A stretch of 64,000 nucleotides of DNA from NCBI GenBank assembly GCA_964291235.2, contig OZ219815.1:416001-480000 (forward strand), written 5' to 3'. This stretch comes from Vicinamibacteria bacterium. Its GTDB lineage: Bacteria; Acidobacteriota; Vicinamibacteria; Marinacidobacterales; Marinacidobacteraceae. A program made the translations under genes and the position numbers. This document shows, piece after piece, positions 57,033-64,000 of the stretch; the stretch's first letter is position 1; every line of letters starts with the position of its first letter. The notes under the pieces are model-generated. The model saw nothing but the letters and a program-made list of their open reading frames with translations. It was not told the DNA's origin and did not search any database.

Positions 57033-57968
57033 CTAAAGGCCGGGCGCCCCGATCTCGATGAGAATCGTTCGCAGCTCCTCGCGCTCGGACGCGTCGAGGG
57101 AGCGCGTCGGGAGCCGGCTCGGGCCGCCTTTCCGGCCCGTCAGTTCGAGCGCCGCGTTGACGACGGGGCTCTCCGCCCCGGTGCGGCGCCACATCTTCAC
57201 CCGGAAGTCGTACCACGGCCGGTTGATGGCGCTCAGCAGCCCCTGTGCCCGGACGTAGTCGCCCGCTTCCAGCAGGCGAAAGACCTCGAGATCGTGCTCG
57301 GGCCAGACGGTGCACAGGTGGGTGATGTAGCCCCGTCCTCCGAGCATGTGGGTCAATCCCTGGAGGCCGTAGTTGTCGATGACGGAGAGTCGGTCCCGGA
57401 AGCGCTCGACGCCGCGCTGGTAGTCGCCCACACCGCGTGCGGTGGACCACTTGAGGGCGGCGCAACGAGGGAGGGCGGCGAGCCGCTCGACATCGCCGAG
57501 CGTCATGTCGTAGCCCTCCCAGTAGGTGTTGTAGATCATGATGCCGAGCGTTCTGGTGGCCTCGTGCACCGCTTCGAACACCCGGTAGCAGTCGTCGGCC
57601 GACGGCTCGTAGTAGTAGCCGGGGGCGAGCTGGATGCCCCAGGCGCCGATGTCCTCGGCGAAACGGGCGAGTTCGACGGACAGCGCGGGGTTCGTGTCCT
57701 GGGCGCCGACGAGCACCGGTGTCCGGCCGTCGGCAGCCCGCACGATGGTCTCGCTCACGGCTTTCCGCTCGTCGAGGGTCAGCATCGGAAAGTCGCCCCC
57801 GGCGCCGGCGGCCAGGAGGACCCCGCTTCCGGTCCGGACGCCCCGTTCGACGACGTACTGGACGTTCTCCCGGATGGCGTCGTGATCGACGCTCAGGTCA
57901 TCGTGGTAGTGCGTGATGACCGGAATCAACGGTCCACAGATGGTCCTCTTGGCGTCCGCCGGCGTCAT
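57033..57968 (-). CDS. Dihydrodipicolinate synthase/N-acetylneuraminate lyase family protein
   Basis: G..G.F..LT.DER, PVLVG, IYN, ALKWS Schiff-base Lys, RLP. Confidence 0.87.
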   Translation of the reverse strand: MTPADAKRTICGPLIPVITHYHDDLSVDHDAIRENVQYVVERGVRTGSGVLLAAGAGGDFPMLTLDERKAVSETIVRAADGRTPVLVGAQDTNPALSVELARFAEDIGAWGIQLAPGYYYEPSADDCYRVFEAVHEATRTLGIMIYNTYWEGYDMTLGDVERLAALPRCAALKWSTARGVGDYQRGVERFRDRLSVIDNYGLQGLTHMLGGRGYITHLCTVWPEHDLEVFRLLEAGDYVRAQGLLSAINRPWYDFRVKMWRRTGAESPVVNAALELTGRKGGPSRLPTRSLDASEREELRTILIEIGAPGL

Positions 57969-58012
57969 GGCTCGGGTCTCCTTGCTCGGCTGTGTTATAT
58001 CCGAGCCCTCCC

Positions 58013-59536
58013 ATGAACCAAGGCCTGGCCGGCATCGACTGGCTCGTACTCGCGGGCTACGCGGGTCTCACCCTCTGGCTCGGCTGGTTCTACGGCCGCC
58101 GCCAGTCAACGACGAAGGAGTACTTCGTCGGGGGCGGCCGGCTCAATCCCATCGCCGTGGGCGTCTCGCTGTTCGCGACGCTGGTCAGCACGGTGTCCTA
58201 CCTTTCGGTGCCCGGCGAGACGCTGGGGCGAGGGCCTGTCCTGCTCGTTCAGCTCCTGGCGCTCCCCCTCGTCTATTTCGTCGTTGGCTACGGCCTGCTG
58301 CCGGCCTACATGAAGCACCGGGTGACGAGCGCCTACGAGCTACTGGAGGTGCGCCTCGGCGCCGGGGCGCGGCTTCTCGGCGCGTCGATGTTCATCGTCC
58401 TGCGTCTCGCCTGGATGTCGCTGGTGGTGTACGCGGCGGCGGTGGCGCTGACGGTAATGATCGGCGTCGGCCCCGCTGCGGTACCGCTGGTCGTCCTGTT
58501 CACGGCGTTCGTGGCGGTCGTTTACACCTCCCTGGGAGGACTCCGGGCTGTTGTCGTCACCGACTGCATCCAGTCCGCGCTGCTGTTCGCCGGCGCCCTG
58601 GTGGTCCTCGGCATCGTCACCGTGGAACTCGGCGGCTTTGAGTGGTTTCCGACGACGTGGCGCGACAACTGGGATACCCAGCCCCTGTTCAGCCTGAACC
58701 CGGCGACGCGGGTCACCGCGTTCGGGACGGTGATCTCCACGCTCACCTGGTACGTGGCCACCGCGGGCGGCGACCAGGTTTCGGTCCAGCGCTTCATGGC
58801 GACGACCGACCTGCGCGCCGCGCGGCGGGCTTACGGAACCCAGTTGCTCGCCATCACCGTGGTCACGGTGGTGCTGGCGCTCGTCGGCCTCGCTCTCCTC
58901 GGTTACTTCGAGGCGTTCCCCGAGCGGCTTGGCGAGGGAATGTCGCTGCGCGCCGACGCGGACCACATCTTTCCATTCTTCATCGCCCAGAGGCTCCCGC
59001 CCGGCATCGCGGGACTCGTCGTTGCCGCCATGTTCGCCGCCGCCATGTCGAGCGTGGACTCCGGGGTGAACTCGATCTCCGCAGTGGTGCTGACCGATTT
59101 CATGGGCCGCTTCCGCGCGCGTCCGCGCGACGACGCCAGCCAGCTCCGGTTGGCCCGGCGGCTCGCGGTCGCCACCGGCGGACTCATCGTGCTTGGCAGC
59201 TTCCTCATGGACCTTGTCCCCGGCAACATCACCGAGGTGACGTCCAAGACGTCGAACCTCCTGACCGGCCCGATCTTCGGTCTCTTCCTCTTCGCGCTGT
59301 TCCTTCCCCGGGTGCGCCCGCTCGGAGCGACAATCGGCACCGTGGCGGGCATGGCGGCGGCGGTGCTCGTCGCCTTCTCCGGACCCATCTTCGGTTTCGA
59401 TCCCGAGACCGGAGGCGACCCGGTCAGCTTCCAGTGGGTGGCTTCCACGTCGCTGCTGGTTCAGGTGGCCGTGGGCTGGACGGTGAGTACCGTGTTCGAG
59501 GACCGCCCGCCGGGACGGACTATGCTCGATTCGTAG
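58013..59536 (+). CDS. Sodium:solute symporter (SSS)
   Basis: EYFVGG, SAYE.LE.R, YTSLGGLRAVVVTD.IQ, DQVSVQR, AAAMSS.DS..NS. Confidence 0.93.
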   Translation: MNQGLAGIDWLVLAGYAGLTLWLGWFYGRRQSTTKEYFVGGGRLNPIAVGVSLFATLVSTVSYLSVPGETLGRGPVLLVQLLALPLVYFVVGYGLLPAYMKHRVTSAYELLEVRLGAGARLLGASMFIVLRLAWMSLVVYAAAVALTVMIGVGPAAVPLVVLFTAFVAVVYTSLGGLRAVVVTDCIQSALLFAGALVVLGIVTVELGGFEWFPTTWRDNWDTQPLFSLNPATRVTAFGTVISTLTWYVATAGGDQVSVQRFMATTDLRAARRAYGTQLLAITVVTVVLALVGLALLGYFEAFPERLGEGMSLRADADHIFPFFIAQRLPPGIAGLVVAAMFAAAMSSVDSGVNSISAVVLTDFMGRFRARPRDDASQLRLARRLAVATGGLIVLGSFLMDLVPGNITEVTSKTSNLLTGPIFGLFLFALFLPRVRPLGATIGTVAGMAAAVLVAFSGPIFGFDPETGGDPVSFQWVASTSLLVQVAVGWTVSTVFEDRPPGRTMLDS

Positions 59537-59555
59537 CAATTCAGGACTCCAGCAC

Positions 59556-59897
59556 ATGACCCGGACGCTCGCCGCGATCGCACTGCTCGTCTTCCAGATC
59601 GCCATGATCGGCTACGCACGCCTTGTCCCGTCCCGCTACTTCTGCTGGGCGCCGATGGACTCCCAGAACCTCTACTCGATCTCGGTGGCCGTCGGCGGGC
59701 GCGTACTCGGCCCCGAAGAGATCGAGGCGCGCTACCGGCAGCCGGCGGAGGGCGGCAACTGGCAGGCGATCCAGCACGTGCTCGACAAGGTCCGGCAGTA
59801 CGAGGAGACGTACGGCCGGGATGACGGGGCTCGCATCGAGATCGCCTACACCGTCAACGGGCATCCCGAGGAGACCTGGACCTGGCCGCCGCGGTGA
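59556..59897 (+). CDS. Small membrane-anchored protein, HTTM partner candidate
   Basis: N-terminal TM then RYFCWAPMD; 7 nt upstream of the HTTM-like gene. Confidence 0.7.
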   Translation: MTRTLAAIALLVFQIAMIGYARLVPSRYFCWAPMDSQNLYSISVAVGGRVLGPEEIEARYRQPAEGGNWQAIQHVLDKVRQYEETYGRDDGARIEIAYTVNGHPEETWTWPPR

Positions 59898-59904
59898 GAC
59901 CGCA

Positions 59905-61068
59905 ATGAAGCCGTCGTGGAACCCGCTGCGGCTCGGAAACACGCCGCTCCCGGTACCGCTCCTGCTGTCGGCAAAGCTCATCGTGGTCACCATGCTGGTG
60001 ACCGGCCACTTCCTGACGCTCCCGGATCCGTTCCTTCCCTTCCTGTCCGTGTTCGACCGGATCGGGAATCCCGAGCGCTTCCGCACCGCGCTGCAGGTCG
60101 TGTTCCTCACCGGTTCCGTCGCGCTGCTCTTCAACCGCGGGGTGCGGCTGGCGTCGTTCGTGGTGGGAATGACGATCCTGATCGGGATCGCCTCGTCGAG
60201 AATCTACTGGGCCAACAACACCTTCTTCATGGGGGCGGTTCTCACGCTGATCGGCCTTCACACGTCGGATCGGTCGGTCTGGCTCCTGCGGGCGCAGGTG
60301 GCGCTCATCTATTTCGGCGCCGGACTCAACAAGATCCTCGATCCCGACTGGGTTTCCGGTCAGTTCTTCGAGAACTGGGCCGGCGCCAATCTCCAGCACG
60401 AGCTCTACGTCAGCGTCGCGGCGCTACTGCCGGAAATGGCCCTGGCCAAGCTCATGTGCTGGGGGACGATCGCGACCGAACTGAGCCTCTGCGCCGGCTT
60501 CGCGCTGCGGCGATTCTGGTCCTTCGCGATCTGGCTCGGCATCCTCTTTCACGCGTCGATGACGCTCTTCACCGGAATCACGTTCGTCCTGTTCCTCTAC
60601 GTGGCGCCCGCCGCCTATTTCGCCTTCGTCCGCTGGCCCCGGACGGCGACCGAGGTCATCTACGACGGCGACTGCGGCATCTGCGCGAAGACGAAACGGT
60701 GGTTCGAGGCCCTCGATCTCGAAGGCGCATTCCGCTGGACGACCTTCCAGAGTGGAACCGGTGACCGCTTCGGCATCTCCCGGGAAGCTCTTGCGAATCG
60801 TCTGCACATCGTCGTGGACGGCGAGCGCATCGCGGAGGGCTTCCGGGCGTTCAAGCTGATGCTGCTCTACAACCCGGTCACCCATCTGCTGATGCTCGGC
60901 GTGCTCCTCGCGCTCCACTGGGGACCGTCGTGGGCCCGCAGCCTGGCGATCGTCGGGATGATCGGGTTCTTCTTTCCCGTCTTCGACCGGATCGGGCAGG
61001 CGGCGTACGACCTCGTCGCGCGCAACCGGAACCGCCTGGGCGCCGAGCCGACGTGCGCCGTCGAGTGA
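59905..61068 (+). CDS. HTTM-like membrane protein fused to DCC-family thiol-disulfide oxidoreductase
   Basis: QVALIYFGAGLNK...DW.SG, GILFH; YDGDCGIC; AY..VARNR. Confidence 0.78.
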   Translation: MKPSWNPLRLGNTPLPVPLLLSAKLIVVTMLVTGHFLTLPDPFLPFLSVFDRIGNPERFRTALQVVFLTGSVALLFNRGVRLASFVVGMTILIGIASSRIYWANNTFFMGAVLTLIGLHTSDRSVWLLRAQVALIYFGAGLNKILDPDWVSGQFFENWAGANLQHELYVSVAALLPEMALAKLMCWGTIATELSLCAGFALRRFWSFAIWLGILFHASMTLFTGITFVLFLYVAPAAYFAFVRWPRTATEVIYDGDCGICAKTKRWFEALDLEGAFRWTTFQSGTGDRFGISREALANRLHIVVDGERIAEGFRAFKLMLLYNPVTHLLMLGVLLALHWGPSWARSLAIVGMIGFFFPVFDRIGQAAYDLVARNRNRLGAEPTCAVE

Positions 61069-62618
61069 AACGCCGTCTCGCCGTCCTCGTCGCCCTCGGG
61101 CTCGCCGCGTGCCAGCCGCCCGAGCGTCGCCTGCTGCGCGTCAACGACGCCGCGATCGGCGAACTCGACCCTCACAAGGCATCCGATTACGCCGATTCGA
61201 TCCTGATGATGAACGTCTACGACTTTCTCGTCCGAACCGGCCCGGACGGAAGGGTCGTCCCCGACCTCGCCACCGGGTGGACCGTCGCCGAGGACGGCCG
61301 GACGTACACCTTCGCGCTCCGGGACGACCCTCGCTTCCACGACGGCACTCCCGTGGAAGCCGGGGACGTCGTTTTTTCGATGGAGCGCATGACCCAGTTG
61401 AACCGCGGTTACTCCTATCTGCTCCCCGAGCTCGAAAGCGTGATCGCGGTAGACCCGAACACGGTTCGATTCACCCTGAACGCCGCGTTCGCGCCCTTCG
61501 TCGCCGCGCTCACCCGCGTGGCGATCGTGAACCGCGAGCGCGTGGATGGACAGCCGGAAACCTTCCTGTCCTCGGAAGCCGCGGGGAGCGGCGCCTACGA
61601 GGTGGTGAGCCACGACCCGCGCCAACTGACGTTGCTGCACCGCTCGGAGGCGCACCATCAGCCCTTCGCCCCGGACGCGCCCGAGATCGTGCGCATCAAG
61701 TACTCGATGGCGGTTCCCACCGTGCGGGCGCTGATGGGGCGCGGCCAGCACGAGATCACCCGGCTGAGCATGCCGCCCGAGGTGCTGCGCGCGTTGGCCA
61801 GGTCGCCCGGGATCGAGCTCGCTCACGACCGCGGCACGTCGAGCTTCTTCATCATGCTCAATACCCGGCGTCCGCCCACCGACGACGTTCACTTTCGCCG
61901 GGCGCTCGCTCACGCGTTCGACTACGACGCCCTTCTCCGGCTCCTCCAGGTGGACGAGACGTTCGCGAACGGGGTGCCCAGCCGGGGTCCGGTCCCGCCG
62001 CGACTGCTGGGTCACGATCCCGAGGCGTCCATTCCGAGGCGCGACCTGGAGGCGGCCCGCCGCGCACTCGCGCGCTCCCGCTACACCCCGGACGAACACC
62101 CCGTGGAGATTCAGTGGGTCACGGAGGTCGGCAACACGGAGCGCGCGTCACTGCTGTTTCAGCAGAACATGGCCGAGATCGGGGTGCGGGTGGAAATCAC
62201 GGGCGCCCCCTGGGCGCTGGTGCTGGACCGCGCCAGCCGCGCGGAGACGACGCCGCACGCCAACACCGTGGACGTCAGCGCCTACACCCCCGATCCGGAC
62301 TCGATCCTGACGGCGATGTACCACAGCGATAACTCCGGGAGCTGGTCGGCGATGGCCTGGCTACAGGATCCCGCCATCGACGCGCGCATCGAAGCAGGGA
62401 GGGCGATCCTTGAGCGGGCCGCCCGCGAGCGGCACTACCTGGAGCTCAACCGGGATCTCGTCGCGCTCCAGCCGGCCATCTTCGGCTACCGCACGTCGAC
62501 TGTCATCGCCAAGCAGCGCTTCGTCACGGCCCCCCAGCTCGACGATCCCTCGCGAGCCATCCCGACGACGGGCGGCAACTACGTGTTCCGCGAGTACTCG
62601 CTCGGGCCCCCGCCCTGA
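61065..62618 (+). CDS. Peptide ABC substrate-binding lipoprotein (family 5)
   Basis: Lipobox LAAC, LDP, PDLA..W, FHDGTPV.A.DV.FS, GSGAY. Confidence 0.92.
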   Translation: MKRRLAVLVALGLAACQPPERRLLRVNDAAIGELDPHKASDYADSILMMNVYDFLVRTGPDGRVVPDLATGWTVAEDGRTYTFALRDDPRFHDGTPVEAGDVVFSMERMTQLNRGYSYLLPELESVIAVDPNTVRFTLNAAFAPFVAALTRVAIVNRERVDGQPETFLSSEAAGSGAYEVVSHDPRQLTLLHRSEAHHQPFAPDAPEIVRIKYSMAVPTVRALMGRGQHEITRLSMPPEVLRALARSPGIELAHDRGTSSFFIMLNTRRPPTDDVHFRRALAHAFDYDALLRLLQVDETFANGVPSRGPVPPRLLGHDPEASIPRRDLEAARRALARSRYTPDEHPVEIQWVTEVGNTERASLLFQQNMAEIGVRVEITGAPWALVLDRASRAETTPHANTVDVSAYTPDPDSILTAMYHSDNSGSWSAMAWLQDPAIDARIEAGRAILERAARERHYLELNRDLVALQPAIFGYRTSTVIAKQRFVTAPQLDDPSRAIPTTGGNYVFREYSLGPPP

Positions 62619-62735
62619 CCAGGAGCGCGGGGACGGTTGGAGCCCCCGACCGGGAGAACCGGCCGTCGGACCTCGGGGCCGGCAGCGCCGCGCGGCCACG
62701 CGGCGTGTCCTCAAGCCGCCCGAACCGCGTCCTCG

Positions 62736-62856
62736 TTGACAGCCTGTGGCAAAACCCACGCGGTGTTCAAGCGGCGATGCATCCCGGCTGAACCGCCCCC
62801 CCACCGGGAGAACTGGCGCTCTCGGCGCTCACGGGGGTTTCACCACAGGCTGTTAA
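62736..62856. mobile_element. MITE-like element with IS-type terminal inverted repeats
   Basis: TTGACAGCCTGTGGCAAAACCC ... GGGTTTCACCACAGGCTGTTAA (19/22 inverted match), no ORF. Confidence 0.65.
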
Positions 62857-62874
62857 GGATTCGCAACCGAACGC

Positions 62875-63273
62875 TTACCAAAGTGTCCTCACGTGTGGAT
62901 ACCTGCGGAGCTTCGCGTCCCGCGTGACGAGGACCGCACCGTGCGCGCGGGCGGTCGCAACGATGATCTGATCGGCCGGGTCTCCGGCGAGCTCGGCGGG
63001 CAATCGGCAACTCTCGACCAGAACCGATCGGCTCAACTCCGCGGTGCGGAGGCCAGCACGTCCCAGGGCGAGGTCGAGCCAGTCGTCCAGTGCCCGGTCG
63101 AGGACGAGCTGGCCCTTTTCGATCTTCTTGCCGACCTCCCAGATCGAGATCGAAGAGAGCCAGAGGCGCCCTTCCGCTGCGCCGGACTCGATTGCTTCGC
63201 GCGCTGAGCGCGATAGCCGATCGTCCTTGGTGACCCACCAGATCCACGCGTGCGTATCAAGAACGATCGGCAT
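62875..63273 (-). CDS. vapC: VapC PIN-domain toxin
   Basis: VLDTHAWIW, SSISIWE, DPADQII.ATA, LVTRD. Confidence 0.92.
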   Translation of the reverse strand: MPIVLDTHAWIWWVTKDDRLSRSAREAIESGAAEGRLWLSSISIWEVGKKIEKGQLVLDRALDDWLDLALGRAGLRTAELSRSVLVESCRLPAELAGDPADQIIVATARAHGAVLVTRDAKLRRYPHVRTLW

Positions 63274-63481
63274 CCCATCTCTCACCGGTGCCGTACGGGT
63301 CGCCGACTTCGCGCACGACGCTGCCTGCCAGGCTCCGTTTCCGTTCCGGAAGCGAATACGGCATCAACTGTGCGACAGGCTGGCCGCGCTTCGTGATGAT
63401 GATGGGGGTCCGCGTGCGCGCGACCTCGTCGAGCAGCCTCAGGCAGACGTCCTTGAACTTGCCCGCGCCGATGGTCGTCAT
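63257..63481 (-). CDS. Phd/YefM-family antitoxin
   Basis: AGKFK..CL.LLDEV......IIITKRG.PVA.L.P; overlaps vapC. Confidence 0.92.
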   Translation of the reverse strand: MTTIGAGKFKDVCLRLLDEVARTRTPIIITKRGQPVAQLMPYSLPERKRSLAGSVVREVGDPYGTGERWDADRS

Positions 63482-63489
63482 CGGTCTCA

Positions 63490-63519
63490 AGTATAGCCAT
63501 GGCCATATGGCCATGTCCA
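63490..63519 (-). promoter_or_regulatory. TA promoter with palindromic operator
   Basis: TGGACA-18 nt-TATACT; perfect 18-bp palindrome CATGGCCATATGGCCATG at 63498-63515. Confidence 0.75.
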
Positions 63520-63657
63520 TTCTGAACGACGTGTTGTGAACAGACGCGGCGTCAATCGCGAAAGCTTCCCTACCGGCCGCCACGGTCCGGGGATTGTCGC
63601 CGGCAAGACAAACCGGCGGTCCTGAACGGCGCACCGTCTCTCCCGGGCCGCTCCTCC

Positions 63658-64000
63658 CTACCCCCCACGCGCGTGGCGGAGCGGAATCTGGATGAGGAAC
63701 CACCCGAGCGCCGCGAACACCAGGAATCCCGGCACTCCGGAGGGCATGGACACGAGCGTCGGGAACTGGAACGCCGCGACCGCCAGCCCGGACAGCGCCA
63801 CTCCCATGAGCGCTTCGCCCGCGATGAGTCCGGACGCGATCAGCGTTCCGGCACTTTCTCCCAGCGAGCGACGCTCGGCCGGCAGCTTGGCCATCTGGCG
63901 GTCGCTCAGCCAGCGGAAGCAACCGCCGACGAAGATCGCGAAGGTGGTCTGCAGCGGCAGGTACATCCCCACCGCGATCAGCATCGGGGACGGAGCCTGG
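63658..64000 (-). CDS. OPT-family oligopeptide transporter, C-terminal part
   Basis: AVGMYLP...IFVGG, GTLIASGLIAGEALMG. Confidence 0.85.
   Translation of the reverse strand, partial: QAPSPMLIAVGMYLPLQTTFAIFVGGCFRWLSDRQMAKLPAERRSLGESAGTLIASGLIAGEALMGVALSGLAVAAFQFPTLVSMPSGVPGFLVFAALGWFLIQIPLRHARGG

Noticed and set aside
1-64000. Selenoprotein genes (in-frame TGA)
   Set aside because: No called gene appeared truncated at a Cys-equivalent TGA; the DCC motif uses Cys codons. Not exhaustively tested

Overview
High-GC bacterial chromosomal window. The gene repertoire (Oar-type TonB receptors, many peptidases, TRAP/ABC/SSS transporters, TA modules) suggests Acidobacteriota, but this is inference. 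Core content: enolase, a MrfAB/YprAB-type DUF1998 helicase-exonuclease pair, thiD-moaE-moaD, tRNA-Ala(GGC), tRNA-Sec(UCA), two TRAP operons, a TonB receptor with three paralogous M24 lipopeptidases, and a hydantoinase/oxoprolinase-racemase-amidase-dpp catabolic operon. Two accessory loci stand out. (1) 20762-24197 lies between 29-bp perfect inverted repeats and holds a winged-helix gene, about 41 copies of a 32-bp structured repeat, and a hicB-hicA pair inside the array. (2) A lower-GC island at about 38020-40830 carries a tightly coupled three-gene operon (TIGR04255-like, unknown, small ADP-ribosyltransferase-like) facing a membrane-protein gene, a candidate anti-phage system. Also noted: four probable CTG start codons, a frameshifted phage virion-gene remnant beside tRNA-Ala, several enzymes with altered catalytic motifs, a REP family with compensatory changes and a MITE. 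All family calls come from motif recognition by eye; no database search was run.
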